Below are positions 17,728 to 28,910 of a DNA stretch of 43,787 nt, piece by piece; positions within the stretch are counted from its first letter, which is position 1; every line of letters begins with the position of its first letter. The notes beneath the pieces are model-generated. The model was not told where the DNA came from. It did no database searches and was given only the letters and a program-made list of their open reading frames with translations. Source of the stretch: a virus (lineage: Duplodnaviria > Caudoviricetes); the IMG/VR virus record IMGVR_UViG_3300032216_000777, positions 1 through 43,787 of that record; one strand, 5' to 3'. Both the position numbers and the translations under genes were made by a program.

Positions 17728-20042
17728 GCTTCACTATCTCAGACACTTTTGTTACTGCTAACGGCCCTGCAAGTGGGGCTGTCGTTTTTGCATTTAAGGC
17801 AAGCCGTTTCTCTGACATTCCAACGCTCAACACTCCACCGCCTTCAACGACTGATGCTGGGCCAGTCACGACTGGCGCTGCGTTCGGTGGCCCTGGACAA
17901 TTCCAGATCAACGTCAACACCAACGAGCCGTATTATTGCTCATTCACCTACAACGGTCAGACGACCTACAAGTTGTACAACGCTGCCAACTTTACTGCTG
18001 GGGCGCAAGGTGCTACCGGCATCAACGGCAACCTTGATGGCGGAATCAACCGAGGTGTCAACTTCGCTGCCGGTGTCGCGCCTACCGACTTGGCAATCGT
18101 CAACCAAATTGCTCCCGGCCCACAAGGATCACAGGGAGAGCCGGGCATCTACATCGGCCCCACTCCTCCACCAGAGACAGACATTCTTTGGGCAGACACC
18201 ACTGACCCCAGCGTGTTCTCCAACAACGGACTGTTCTTCAACCCAGTCGATTACGGTGCAGACCCTAATGGAGTCCACGACTCAACCCAAGCAATCCAGA
18301 CCTGTCTGTTCCTAGGCCACACTGAGCTGCCTGCTGGTAAGTACTTGGTCAGCAATCTCTACCTGCCTAGCGGTGCGTCAATAACTGGTCGGCAAGACCC
18401 TGCCGCTGCTGTTTATGCAACAAATCCGCTGTCAAATGGGACTACTGCCATTTACCAAATGACAGGTGTAACTGGCTCTTTAATTACCAGCGGCCCAACT
18501 GTCTGCAGCAACACCATAAGAAACATTATGTTTTATGGCGACAATACAAGAGATTCAAGCAATCGCGCAATAGACGTTGTAGACCGTCCAGGCACAATCA
18601 ACTCTGCTGCGCTGGCATCTTCCGTATCAGTCGGAGATACCACTATCACCATTGACGCAGTAGAAAACTGGATGTCAAAGGCTGGCACTCTCATCATTGG
18701 CACAACTTGGGAACCCGTCGTCGTTTCCACAGATTGGGATGGTGTTTCTACCACGATTCCCCTTGTCAACCCAGTAACTCAAAACCATGCCTTGTCTGCT
18801 GCAGTTACTCCTACTTCAGCAGGTAAAAGCGGCGAAACCAACTTACGCATGGAAAACGTTGGCATTTTTTATTTTGCTGGTGATTACTCCGTTTACTGGG
18901 GCCTTCATCGCTACGGCAACAAGATGGAACATTCCGTAATTTATGGTGCAGGGCACGTTAAAACTTTTCCTACAGGCGGACAAAAACAAGGCAATTATGT
19001 TGCCGGAACTGCTTGGAACCCTAATGGTGTGGGGCTTTACTCTTTGGCTTCAGACTGCGGTATCCACGCTTCCGAGTTCGGGGCAAGTGCAAGTCACAAC
19101 ATTGTTATTAATTGTCAACCTTTTGGCATTACTGAATGTGACATTTGGCAAGCAGGAATCTGCGGAACCGGAAACGGCGTTAGAGTCAAAGCAGGCGGCA
19201 TTACCACTCGCATCTACATCGGCTCTCGTACTGAGTTTGACGCTTGTGCTAACGAAGCGATCTACATTGAAGGCAACGGCACTTACCAAGCAACAGATGT
19301 GCAAATCGGACCGGGCTGCTTTTTTACGGGAAACTGCCAACATGAGGCAACAGGCGGAACTGTTGACGACGCTAACCCACGAGCAAACATCGCCATTGAA
19401 TCCGACTACCGTGGCATGGCGACTATCATGGGCAACACTGCTTTAGGTACTAGCGACTCAGGCGGAGTTGATTACAACCTCAATGTCCAAGCAAGTACAA
19501 GTTACTTCACCTTGCAGCATCAAAATAATCGTTCAATCAGCAACAGCGGCAACGGGGGCTATGACGTTAGCGAAGTTTGGTTAGGCAACTCTACAAGTGG
19601 GTATTCCCCTAACAGCGGCAGCGCCGGAGCCAACACCGCACCAATTACTCGATTTGTCAATCACGTTGGCAACGGCATGGTTGATTACATTAGGCACAAC
19701 GGCAGCAACACCAATGCGCTGCTTTACTACCTCACTGGTGGGTCAAGTGCAATTATGTACGCAGCAGACGATTCCAGTCACCGAGCAGACCTTTACACCA
19801 ATGCCTTGTACTTTGGAACCACTTCCAGCTTTGGCGATGTCTCATACGGAATCAGCGGCACTACTGCAGTCATCAAGCCCAAGGTAAAGATCGGCTCAAC
19901 TGGGGCGACCATCAGTTCAGGTTCAGGTGCCCCATCTGGTTCCGCCACAACCGGCGACATCTACTTCAGGACTGATACTCCTACTGTTGCGAACCAGCGC
20001 ATCTACATCTACACCGGCTCGGCTTGGACGGGAATTGTCTGA
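17724..20042 (+). CDS. Tailspike / depolymerase (pectate-lyase-like beta-helix)
   Basis: NPVDYGADPNGVHDSTQAIQ...LPAGKYLVS beta-helix cap; G/N/S/T-rich rungs. Confidence 0.8.
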   Translation: MSFTISDTFVTANGPASGAVVFAFKASRFSDIPTLNTPPPSTTDAGPVTTGAAFGGPGQFQINVNTNEPYYCSFTYNGQTTYKLYNAANFTAGAQGATGINGNLDGGINRGVNFAAGVAPTDLAIVNQIAPGPQGSQGEPGIYIGPTPPPETDILWADTTDPSVFSNNGLFFNPVDYGADPNGVHDSTQAIQTCLFLGHTELPAGKYLVSNLYLPSGASITGRQDPAAAVYATNPLSNGTTAIYQMTGVTGSLITSGPTVCSNTIRNIMFYGDNTRDSSNRAIDVVDRPGTINSAALASSVSVGDTTITIDAVENWMSKAGTLIIGTTWEPVVVSTDWDGVSTTIPLVNPVTQNHALSAAVTPTSAGKSGETNLRMENVGIFYFAGDYSVYWGLHRYGNKMEHSVIYGAGHVKTFPTGGQKQGNYVAGTAWNPNGVGLYSLASDCGIHASEFGASASHNIVINCQPFGITECDIWQAGICGTGNGVRVKAGGITTRIYIGSRTEFDACANEAIYIEGNGTYQATDVQIGPGCFFTGNCQHEATGGTVDDANPRANIAIESDYRGMATIMGNTALGTSDSGGVDYNLNVQASTSYFTLQHQNNRSISNSGNGGYDVSEVWLGNSTSGYSPNSGSAGANTAPITRFVNHVGNGMVDYIRHNGSNTNALLYYLTGGSSAIMYAADDSSHRADLYTNALYFGTTSSFGDVSYGISGTTAVIKPKVKIGSTGATISSGSGAPSGSATTGDIYFRTDTPTVANQRIYIYTGSAWTGIV

Positions 20043-21151
20043 TGACTACTATCAAGCAATGGAACGGTTCGACTTGGGTTGCCATCATTCCCGGCCCGCA
20101 GGGAGACCAAGGCTTCACCGGCTCTCAAGGTGCTCAGGGGCCACAAGGCTCTCAGGGGACAGGCTCGCAGGGAGCACAGGGTTCTCAGGGTCCACAGGGT
20201 TTGCAAGGCTCACAAGGCACTCAGGGGGCCACTGGTAGCCAAGGAGCGCAAGGCACTCAGGGTAATCAAGGTACTCAGGGTCGTCAGGGATTTCAGGGCT
20301 ACCAAGGCGTAAATGGTAGTCAAGGCGCAACCGGCGCAAATGGTAGTCAAGGTGCTCAAGGGCCTCAAGGTTTTCAGGGAGCAACTGGTAGCCAAGGTTC
20401 TACTGGCGCACAGGGAGCGACTGGCGCACAGGGTTCGCAAGGTTTTCAGGGAACGCAGGGAGTCCAAGGCTCGCAGGGTTCTACCGGCGCACAGGGAAGC
20501 ACAGGTGCGCAAGGAGCGACTGGCGCGCAAGGAAGTCAAGGATCACAGGGTAGTCAAGGCTCGCAAGGTTCGCAAGGTTCGTCTAGCGGAGCATCGCTAG
20601 GACTCACCACGTTGAAAGCATGGACATTTGACCCATTACTGACTTACACTGGTTCGCTCACAGTCGGCTCAGGCGTAGTGTACTGGGCAGGCATCTACTT
20701 GCCAACGACAACCAGCATTTCAAGCGTTCAGATTTATGGATTGACCAACGCAACTGGCGCATTTAGTTACGCCGCCATTGGCTTGTACAACAGCGCAGGC
20801 ACGTTGATTGGTTTGAACAACACAAATGTTGCTTCAACAGTTCTCAGTTTTACAACAACTGTATGGAACTCCATTACGTTAACTGCTCAAAGTGCTGGCT
20901 CATTAACCAACCTTGCTCCGGGAACATACGCAGTAGCAATACTCTTAACGCAAACCAGCGGCACCGCCCCAGCAATTTTGCGCACCAACCAATCTGGTAG
21001 CAGCAGCGGTTTCTTGCTCAACGGTGGAGTCCCCGGAGGCAACTCAGCACAAGTTCGAGCTTCAACCACTTCTGGTCTATCTTCACTACCAACAACGGCA
21101 CCTGCTGTTGGCACATACGCAAACTCAGTGGCGTTCTGGGGGCTTTCGTGA
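20042..21151 (+). CDS. Collagen-like tail fibre protein
   Basis: Long (G-X-Q/T)n run then beta-rich C-terminal domain; TGATG start at 20042. Confidence 0.85.
   Translation: MTTIKQWNGSTWVAIIPGPQGDQGFTGSQGAQGPQGSQGTGSQGAQGSQGPQGLQGSQGTQGATGSQGAQGTQGNQGTQGRQGFQGYQGVNGSQGATGANGSQGAQGPQGFQGATGSQGSTGAQGATGAQGSQGFQGTQGVQGSQGSTGAQGSTGAQGATGAQGSQGSQGSQGSQGSQGSSSGASLGLTTLKAWTFDPLLTYTGSLTVGSGVVYWAGIYLPTTTSISSVQIYGLTNATGAFSYAAIGLYNSAGTLIGLNNTNVASTVLSFTTTVWNSITLTAQSAGSLTNLAPGTYAVAILLTQTSGTAPAILRTNQSGSSSGFLLNGGVPGGNSAQVRASTTSGLSSLPTTAPAVGTYANSVAFWGLS
20092..20580 (+). repeat. Collagen-like 9-bp periodic coding repeat
   Basis: [12 protein letters not shown] triplets. Confidence 0.9.
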
Positions 21152-21191
21152 CCCAACTCAAGTGCAACATCACTGTCACAGGGCTGAACTA

Positions 21192-22622
21192 ATGACCCAG
21201 ACCATCTCAGATACCTTTGTCACGGCATCTGGGCCGACCAACAATGCACAGGTCACGGGCTACCTTGCAAGTCGTTTTTCTACTCCGCCAATCCTCAACT
21301 CTTCGCCACCTGGCTCTTACGGAGCAGACACCGATACCGTCACTACTGGAACTCAGTTCGGTGGGCCGGGACAATTCCGGCTTCAAACCCCGACCAACGA
21401 ACCGTATTACCTTTCATTCACTTACAATGGTCAAGTCTCTTGGAAGTACTACAGCAACGTCAACGCTGAAGATGGTGGTCGAGGAAGCATCGGCATCTAC
21501 GGCACACTTGACGGTCAAGGCTACCAAGCCAAGAACTTCCAGCCCGGCACGAACGACAACGATCTCGTCATCAAGTCACAGCTCATTCCCGGAGCGCAAG
21601 GAAGTCCCGGCCCACAAGGGCCACAAGGCGCAGGAACCCAAGGCCCACAAGGAGTCCAAGGCCCGCAAGGTGTTCAGGGCGCAGGCTATCAAGGCGCTCA
21701 AGGTACGCAGGGAACACAAGGCGTTCAAGGCACACAAGGTTCGCAAGGTAACAATGGAAACCTTGGGCCTCAAGGTGTGCAAGGCCCACAAGGGTATCAG
21801 GGCAACCAAGGTGTTCAGGGCGCAGGTTTTCAAGGTGTTCAGGGCGCACAAGGTACGCAAGGAAACCAAGGCTTCCAAGGAACTCAAGGAGTGCAGGGAG
21901 TCCAAGGAGTTCAGGGCAACCAAGGTTTCCAAGGCCCCACTGATTTAGTCACTCAAGCAACTCCACCATCAGACACCACTCTCCTCTGGCTTGACACCTC
22001 AGCCACCGGCAACGGCACCCAAGGCCCTCAGGGAGTGCAAGGAGTTCAGGGTTTTCAAGGACTTCAAGGCAACCAGGGCAACCAAGGTCTGCAGGGCAAT
22101 CAAGGCAACCAAGGTTCGCAAGGCAGTCAAGGTTCACAAGGCTCGCAAGGCCCACAGGGAAACCAAGGCAATCAAGGATTCCAAGGCGCTGGTAACAACA
22201 TTTGGTCACAAGCATTAGCAACCGGAGCGCAGACAGTTATCTTCTCTAGTTCAGTTGATACCGGCCTTTCAATCCCTTCTGTATCCGGATTCACCAACTA
22301 CCTCATTTCTTTCCAATGCGTTCAGATTCAGCAAACGACCAACTCAGGTGTGCAGTTGCGAGCAAGGTTCAAAAACACTTCCGGTAGCATCAACATCAAC
22401 TACGCAGGCAAAACCATTTCGGCGCAAACAACTGACTTCCAGATCATTTCCTCTGTCGTCACAAACGCTGTTGCACTTAACATGGCATCATGGGTGGCAC
22501 AAGTAACTGCATCAGGAATTGGCTCTATGACTCTTGGAGTTGACTTGCAACTCACCGCAGCATCAGGAGCAACTTCACCTCGATACGACTATTTCCAAAT
22601 GACTATTGTAGGAATTAGCTGA
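21192..22622 (+). CDS. Collagen-like tail fibre protein; N-terminal domain paralogous to tailspike
   Basis: [15 protein letters not shown]...[10 protein letters not shown]...TNEPYY aligns with N-terminus of 17724; two G-X-Q blocks; start 21192 chosen from that alignment. Confidence 0.85.
   Translation: MTQTISDTFVTASGPTNNAQVTGYLASRFSTPPILNSSPPGSYGADTDTVTTGTQFGGPGQFRLQTPTNEPYYLSFTYNGQVSWKYYSNVNAEDGGRGSIGIYGTLDGQGYQAKNFQPGTNDNDLVIKSQLIPGAQGSPGPQGPQGAGTQGPQGVQGPQGVQGAGYQGAQGTQGTQGVQGTQGSQGNNGNLGPQGVQGPQGYQGNQGVQGAGFQGVQGAQGTQGNQGFQGTQGVQGVQGVQGNQGFQGPTDLVTQATPPSDTTLLWLDTSATGNGTQGPQGVQGVQGFQGLQGNQGNQGLQGNQGNQGSQGSQGSQGSQGPQGNQGNQGFQGAGNNIWSQALATGAQTVIFSSSVDTGLSIPSVSGFTNYLISFQCVQIQQTTNSGVQLRARFKNTSGSININYAGKTISAQTTDFQIISSVVTNAVALNMASWVAQVTASGIGSMTLGVDLQLTAASGATSPRYDYFQMTIVGIS
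21591..22190 (+). repeat. Collagen-like coding repeat in two blocks
   Basis: GVQ/GNQ/GPQ/GFQ triplets interrupted by [17 protein letters not shown]. Confidence 0.9.
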
Positions 22623-25249
22623 TGACTCAACTCAAGTACTACGACCCCACTTCCGGTTCTTGGGTCACGGCAGTCGTCGGCGCTCAAGGCCCTCAAGGTG
22701 CAGGCACCAACGTCTCCATGCTGGAAGGGCTGTTCGCTTCCAACTGGGGCCACTCATTCACAAACGGCATGGCTCCGACCACGGCATACCCGCCCGGCCC
22801 AAGCCAAGACACATGGCCCTATCGAGTTGGCTTCCGCATGGGAATGCTCAACCAAGCAGCAAGCACAGGTGGCGCACGAATCCGCAATGGCGGTTGGCCG
22901 GGAACAAACACGGCTACTGATGCTCAGTTGATGATTACCGGCTACTCCACTTCTAGCCTCAAATACACCGACTCATACAGCACTGAAGTTCCCTCGCATT
23001 ACATCTTTAATCCTGGTCGTGGCTACATTGACGGAAGTACGACAGTCAGCACCTCTGGCTGGGGAGCAACGCTTTACAAGCAAAACCCTGACGCTCTTGG
23101 TGGCGACCCCGGTTTCCTCATGCTGCAATGCGCTGTCAACGAAACCCTTGGTGGCGGAGAATGTCTGCCTAGCGGCGGTTTAACGGCGGCAGTTGCGAGC
23201 AATGCACAAGTGTCCTCAAGCGGCACTACCGTCACTTTGCAGCCAGTTCTGGTGACGATCAACGCCAGCTCAAATCAGATGACTGTCGTAAGTGGCCCAG
23301 TCCCTAACGCCGGACAACTTGTTTACATCGCAGGAGCAGGCTCGGCAGGTGGCTGTCTGACCGCACGAGTCTCAAGCACCGATGTCAGCAGCAGCGTGGT
23401 GCAACTTGACACCAATGCAAGCACCTCAGTCTCAAGCGCAAAGTGCTGGACTCAAATTTACCAATACGACAGTTTGGTTATCGGCTCTACCGGCGCAACC
23501 CTAACGGTTCCTACGACTCCGTTTGCTGCAACGGGTGGCTCCATCGTGTTCCACTACGGCGCTTCATCGCAGGCTGTCGGCTGGAATGGGACTCCTGCAA
23601 ACGTGGCAACTGCCCTCGCAACTTTGCTGCGGCAACAACCAGACTCACCAAACGCTGATGTCACTTACACCGGCTCAACCCTTGCAAGTTGTACGTTCTC
23701 GTTCTACACCGATAGCGGACACGGAACTGCCTTATCAGTAGGCGACCTTTGGGCAGACCTGACTTTGCTCACTAGCGCCAACGGTTGTCCAGGTGGCTGC
23801 ACGTTCACCCTCAACGGCACAACTACCTACGTCACTAGCGCCACCCCAACCATGTCGGCAGCAACATCAAGCTCAACGTTTACCGTCACGACAAATACCT
23901 CAGTGACAACAAGCGGAACTGTCGGCGCTGCTCAGAAGTTCGGGCAATGGTATGGCGCTCCAAGTTCCGTCTACGGCTCGGTCTACACCGGCTGGCGAGA
24001 TGCGTGGAAGAACTCGCTCCGCACCATGCTTCGGTGGGCAAGAGCAGATGTCTCAACTGCCACGGCAAACGGTGGCTACTATTCCGGCATCAACAAGAGT
24101 GGATCAGAGTCAGGCCCAACAGCCACCGGAAACACTTCAGCCCTCATTACCACTACGTCAACCATTGGCGGGACTTATTACGACCCAAATAACCACGCAA
24201 CCAACTGGCCTTCTAACAGGGCTATCTACTTTTCTGGAACGTCACCATTCAGCATTGGCCAAGTAGTTATTTTGTCCACCAGCGGAGGCGGATACCAATA
24301 CGCAACTGTCGTTGCATCAGGCGCACCGTCGCCATCAGTTTCAGGTGTCTTAGGCGCTATCGGTATTGACCAAGCCTACACAGGGCCGGGTGGTCTTACT
24401 AATCCAATCACCGTCAACGGCTACAGCTGGATTCCAACGTCAAGCACACTTGCTACTCTTTGCCCAATAGCCGCAAGCACCAACTTTGCTGCTGGCTCAG
24501 TCAGCCCATCAGCACCATGGGCAACGATTGGACAAATTAATGGGACTCTCCGCAACTCGCAGAACAACACGGCTTCCTACGCCCTGCAAGTAAGAGACAA
24601 GTATTCCACCGGAGAAGTCGTCGTTCTTTATCCGGCCTACCCAAACTTGCAAAGCGACACTGGAGAAACACCAAACACCGGCGGAACATTTACCGTCAGC
24701 GCAGGCACCAGCACTACTGTTACTCAAGTCTCTGGCTACCCATTTAGCAAGACTCGACTGCTTGTTGCTTCGCCAGTGTGGACAATGAACTCTGCCCTTG
24801 TCACCGCAGGGACAGTCGGCGGTAACAGCACCGTCACCATCTCCAAGGCATCTGGTGGAACCAACATCGTTGAGTTTGACTCAGTGTTCACCACTACCTC
24901 TACACCACCTTGGTGCGTCTTGGCTTGTGAGTATGCGCCGCCAGCAGGGACGTTGCTCTACCGCAACCGTGGCTTCAATGACTTGCAGCAGGGCTACATG
25001 GATGTTGCTGCGGAGGCAGAGTTTGCTTGGTATGTCGCAGTCATCCCGCCGATCACGACGCTTCAATATAGTGACTTAAACGGCTACCCACCGCTTCACC
25101 CGAACAACCTTGGTCAACAGAAGTGGGCGACTTACATTCAGTCATGGCTCACCACCAATGCGCCTACCTACTGGGCAGGTCCTCTCCCTGTTGGCCGACC
25201 ATACAACGGCTCCACATCCGGCCTCGGTAGCCGTATGGGTTACTACTAG
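22622..25249 (+). CDS. Tail appendage protein with interrupted SGNH/GDSL esterase domain
   Basis: WGHSFTNG (block I), NGGWPG (II), QCAVNE (III), LHPNNLGQQKWA (V), separated by S/T/G-rich beta domains. Confidence 0.65.
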   Translation: MTQLKYYDPTSGSWVTAVVGAQGPQGAGTNVSMLEGLFASNWGHSFTNGMAPTTAYPPGPSQDTWPYRVGFRMGMLNQAASTGGARIRNGGWPGTNTATDAQLMITGYSTSSLKYTDSYSTEVPSHYIFNPGRGYIDGSTTVSTSGWGATLYKQNPDALGGDPGFLMLQCAVNETLGGGECLPSGGLTAAVASNAQVSSSGTTVTLQPVLVTINASSNQMTVVSGPVPNAGQLVYIAGAGSAGGCLTARVSSTDVSSSVVQLDTNASTSVSSAKCWTQIYQYDSLVIGSTGATLTVPTTPFAATGGSIVFHYGASSQAVGWNGTPANVATALATLLRQQPDSPNADVTYTGSTLASCTFSFYTDSGHGTALSVGDLWADLTLLTSANGCPGGCTFTLNGTTTYVTSATPTMSAATSSSTFTVTTNTSVTTSGTVGAAQKFGQWYGAPSSVYGSVYTGWRDAWKNSLRTMLRWARADVSTATANGGYYSGINKSGSESGPTATGNTSALITTTSTIGGTYYDPNNHATNWPSNRAIYFSGTSPFSIGQVVILSTSGGGYQYATVVASGAPSPSVSGVLGAIGIDQAYTGPGGLTNPITVNGYSWIPTSSTLATLCPIAASTNFAAGSVSPSAPWATIGQINGTLRNSQNNTASYALQVRDKYSTGEVVVLYPAYPNLQSDTGETPNTGGTFTVSAGTSTTVTQVSGYPFSKTRLLVASPVWTMNSALVTAGTVGGNSTVTISKASGGTNIVEFDSVFTTTSTPPWCVLACEYAPPAGTLLYRNRGFNDLQQGYMDVAAEAEFAWYVAVIPPITTLQYSDLNGYPPLHPNNLGQQKWATYIQSWLTTNAPTYWAGPLPVGRPYNGSTSGLGSRMGYY

Positions 25250-25258
25250 GATTCTTTT

Positions 25259-25570
25259 ATGGCACATCCCAACCCCAACTGCAAACCAGATTGTTTCGGC
25301 TGCAAAGCCTCTAGCGTTTCCTTCGCCCCATCAGCGATGCAAACCAGAAGTGTTGCCGGTGCGATGAAGGCAACCGAGAAGCAACAAGAGAAAGACCTTC
25401 CGGCCTACAAGCGCATGAGGCAAGAAGGCCTGCAACCCAAAGGCACCAAGGGAGCTGCAGCAATCGAGGCAGGCGCATCAACCAAGTTTGAAGTCATCTC
25501 TGGACAGATCATTGACGACCAATCCACCCTCAAGGCTGCTCTTTCAGAGTTCGCCCCAGACCTAACGTAA
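25259..25570 (+). CDS. Hypothetical protein (HP...DCFGCK motif)
   Basis: 103-aa ORF; TAGGAT 6 nt upstream of ATG. Confidence 0.7.
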   Translation: MAHPNPNCKPDCFGCKASSVSFAPSAMQTRSVAGAMKATEKQQEKDLPAYKRMRQEGLQPKGTKGAAAIEAGASTKFEVISGQIIDDQSTLKAALSEFAPDLT

Positions 25571-25584
25571 GGTAGAATAGTTAA

Positions 25585-26772
25585 ATGGCTGCTGGCGGAT
25601 TTAATGGGACGACCTTTGGCGACCAAATCGAACGTGTGTATCGCAACGTCATGTCCAACCAGCGGGAGTTCACTGCCAATCTATCGCAGGATTACACGAC
25701 TCAGGCCCCTCATTACGTTGATGTGACAAGCGCATACGGTGACGATGGAACTCGCGTTGTTTACTTTGCTAACAACGATTTCAAAGCAGGTGAGACTGCC
25801 CAAGTTTCCGGCTTGCCAGTCACCACCGGCAGCGACTTGAACTTTGTCGGCACTATCTCAAGTCGCGACTCAACGTATTTCGTCATCCACGACCCCGCTA
25901 TTGGAACCTCCGCAGGTGACGGTGTAGCAAGTGTTTTACGCCAGAACACCACACTTTACATGACCGGCGTTCAGGCCCAGTCCATTCAGGTCGGCAGTAT
26001 CCTCGCCATTGACGAAGAAGTATTCCTTGTCAACGCAGTCTCAGTGTCCACTGAGGCTACTCCTGTTTACACGGTAACGGTTACTCCGGCCTACGAAGGC
26101 TCAACCAACGCCAACCATGCGGCGGGAACAACGGTTTACATCAACCCTAAATACACTCGCTGGGCTATCGGTGTTGCGCTCAACGACGCTTTGGCAGCCA
26201 TGTCTGCTCCCGGCATGGGACTCATGCGTGAGGGCTACACCACGATTACCTACAACCCTGTGCTTCGAGGCTACGACTTGGCAGCAGCAGGTGTACCAGA
26301 GGACTTCCACAGCATCTTGAGTCTGTCCTATGACCTGCCAGACCCGACGCACTACTTCCCAGTGATGCGCAGTTTCCGTGTTGGCCGTGGCATCTTGAAC
26401 TCCAAGATTCCCGGCGGCTATGCATTGTTCCTCAACTCATCGGCAATGCCTGGACTCCCCATGCAGATTGCCTATGGCGCACCGTTCTACTCGGCCACCA
26501 GCACAGACCAAGACATGCACACCGACCTTGGCCTGCCACTGACTTGTCTGGACATTCCTGCCATTCGAGCAGAGATTGACCTTACCCTTGTTCGGGAAAT
26601 CAAGCGGAACTTCACTGACTCCCAGCCGGACATGCGTAAGGCTACAGACGTAGCAGCAGGAAACGTGATGAACTCAGTCTCAGGACTTGAAGCTCTTTAC
26701 CAGAAGCGAATGGACGAAGAAGCCAATAGGTTCCGCAACCGTTGGCCTCAACTGAAGCCCATCGGGATCTAA
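25585..26772 (+). CDS. Putative head-tail adaptor / tail tubular protein A-like
   Basis: Helical N-terminus, ALNDALAAM, C-terminal LYQKRMDEEA helix; precedes nozzle-like gene. Confidence 0.6.
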   Translation: MAAGGFNGTTFGDQIERVYRNVMSNQREFTANLSQDYTTQAPHYVDVTSAYGDDGTRVVYFANNDFKAGETAQVSGLPVTTGSDLNFVGTISSRDSTYFVIHDPAIGTSAGDGVASVLRQNTTLYMTGVQAQSIQVGSILAIDEEVFLVNAVSVSTEATPVYTVTVTPAYEGSTNANHAAGTTVYINPKYTRWAIGVALNDALAAMSAPGMGLMREGYTTITYNPVLRGYDLAAAGVPEDFHSILSLSYDLPDPTHYFPVMRSFRVGRGILNSKIPGGYALFLNSSAMPGLPMQIAYGAPFYSATSTDQDMHTDLGLPLTCLDIPAIRAEIDLTLVREIKRNFTDSQPDMRKATDVAAGNVMNSVSGLEALYQKRMDEEANRFRNRWPQLKPIGI

Positions 26773-28899
26773 ATGACCCAGCCAATTCATGCGCTCACTA
26801 CTCCGGTAGGCATCTCCGGTACAACGTTCAACGGCAACCTCGTTCCTGCAACGTACCCTGCTCTTGAGAACCCACAGGTTCCGCCACCCGGCAACTTCTC
26901 GGTATCCATTGCAGGCCACTACTACAACGTAGACACTTCGCTGGACTTCTACCGGCGCACCGCTTTCAAGCACACAAGTATCCCAGCGCAGCGTGACTCG
27001 CTCAACTTTGATAATTCCTCAGGTGAGAACGTCGTCAACACCGCAGGTCTATGGCGGAGAAGTGGACAGAACTGGGCGCTCGGCGCAGGACAGAAGTTCT
27101 ACGATGCCAAGCAGTCCAACCCTGACAGGTACTTCACCTCTAAGGGAATTAACCCGTGGGTATCCCACCAACTGTCCCTGCTCCAAGACACGACTAGCAC
27201 CGGCTCGCTTGCTTACACCGCTTCCGGCACTCTTGTTCAGACAATGACCGCAGGCACTTACACCTACTACCTTGAGTCTGGTTCACTCAAGTTTCGTAAT
27301 GGGACCGGCGCAGTCAGCGCAGCAGTCACCGGCCTTCCAACTGCTACCGGCACCGTGGCTTACACCTCTATCTGTCACAACGGTTCCTACTGGTTCCTTG
27401 CTTGTCAAACTGGTGGCATCTACTACGGCCTTCTTGGTGGATCATCAGGCAGCAAATGGGCTGATACTAACGCAACTTATGCAGGCTTTGGTCTTGTGGC
27501 ATGGGTAAATGACCGCCTTTGGGCTGCTGGTGGAAACGCAACCACTAACTACTGCGGCCCATACTTGTTCGCTTTTGACCCTTCTCACAGTGCTGGCACA
27601 GCACCCGGTGCCAACGATATTGTGACACCAGATATCTCAGGTGGCAGCGCAGGCAATACTGCTAAAGCAGGTGGCACAGGATCATTCAGTTCCAACTGGG
27701 TTTGGTCAGCTATTTGCCAAGGTTCATCGCAAGTTTATGCTTCCGGCTACAACCTCATTAACGGACAAAAATCTGATGGAGCAGTATTCCGTTCGAACAA
27801 TGACGTTGCTACGGCTTCGGATATGTCTGTCCCCAACAGGGCACTTCCATTTGCAGCAGGAGAATACCCGACTGCTCTTTACGGCTATCTGAACTACATC
27901 TTTGTCGGCACCAACCTTGGTGCTCGAATGTGCCAGACGCTTAACGCCTACGACCCCAACGCCAACTCTGGTGGAGACTTGAAGGCTGGGCCGATTGTCC
28001 CTGGCATCAACTACCAAGTGACGCAGCCAGTCACCGCCTTCATCGGCTACAAGCAATACGTCTGGTTCACTTGGGCAAACTACGACGGTACTAGTACCGG
28101 CCTTGGTCGCATGGACTTGACCAACTTCATTGACGACCTTGCTCCGGCCTACGCCTCTGACCTTATGGTGACAGGGCAAGGGAAGGTAGACCTTGACTGG
28201 GACTACACCCAGAACGCTCCACTCATTTCAGTTCTTGTAGCAGGTGGAAAGGTTTACCAGCAGTCCAACAACCTTGTGGCGAGTGGCACGTTCACTTCCG
28301 GCCAAATCTCCTACGACATTCCAGAGAATAAGACTGCGCTCTATCTCCGCATCACCGCACCCAACATGGCGGGAACCGTTCAGGCTGCTATTACACCAGA
28401 CAACGGCAGTCCAATTTATCTCGGTCAGTTTGCAACCAACGGAATCAACGGTGCTTACGACCCATCGCAACCGATCCCAATCCCATCATCAGATAACTTT
28501 GCAGGCTTGACGGGCAAGCAATTCAACGTCACTTTGACGCTCAATTCCGCAGGGAACCAGAGTCCATTCCTCAGCCGTTGGCAGCTTGACGCACTTCCAC
28601 AGGTGGCCTCAGAGACAAACATCATGGTTGTTCTGTCGCCATACCCTGACTCGGTGGTGGAAGGCGCAGATACTTGGTATGACCCTTACAGCGAGTACGC
28701 CTACTTGGACGAGATTCGGCGCAACGCTCAGATTGTCTGGTACGTCGAAGGCAACCTCTCCGCACGAGTCATCATTGAGTCCTTGGAGTGGTGTCCTGAG
28801 CGCCAGCGGGCGGACTACCAAAAGGGTTTCCTTGGCCTCATCGTCGCCACCCTCAAGACCATCAACGGCTTCACCTACCAGCAACCCTCACTCAAGTAG
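26773..28899 (+). CDS. Putative tail nozzle / tubular protein B-like
   Basis: 708 aa beta-rich; WRRSGQNWALGAGQ, SKGINPW...LSLL; podovirus position and size. Confidence 0.6.
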   Translation: MTQPIHALTTPVGISGTTFNGNLVPATYPALENPQVPPPGNFSVSIAGHYYNVDTSLDFYRRTAFKHTSIPAQRDSLNFDNSSGENVVNTAGLWRRSGQNWALGAGQKFYDAKQSNPDRYFTSKGINPWVSHQLSLLQDTTSTGSLAYTASGTLVQTMTAGTYTYYLESGSLKFRNGTGAVSAAVTGLPTATGTVAYTSICHNGSYWFLACQTGGIYYGLLGGSSGSKWADTNATYAGFGLVAWVNDRLWAAGGNATTNYCGPYLFAFDPSHSAGTAPGANDIVTPDISGGSAGNTAKAGGTGSFSSNWVWSAICQGSSQVYASGYNLINGQKSDGAVFRSNNDVATASDMSVPNRALPFAAGEYPTALYGYLNYIFVGTNLGARMCQTLNAYDPNANSGGDLKAGPIVPGINYQVTQPVTAFIGYKQYVWFTWANYDGTSTGLGRMDLTNFIDDLAPAYASDLMVTGQGKVDLDWDYTQNAPLISVLVAGGKVYQQSNNLVASGTFTSGQISYDIPENKTALYLRITAPNMAGTVQAAITPDNGSPIYLGQFATNGINGAYDPSQPIPIPSSDNFAGLTGKQFNVTLTLNSAGNQSPFLSRWQLDALPQVASETNIMVVLSPYPDSVVEGADTWYDPYSEYAYLDEIRRNAQIVWYVEGNLSARVIIESLEWCPERQRADYQKGFLGLIVATLKTINGFTYQQPSLK

Positions 28900-28910
28900 A
28901 ATAGGTAAGT

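Noticed and set aside
20092-22190. Diversity-generating retroelement or repeat array
   Set aside because: Repeats are collagen codons; no reverse transcriptase and no template/variable repeat pair seen
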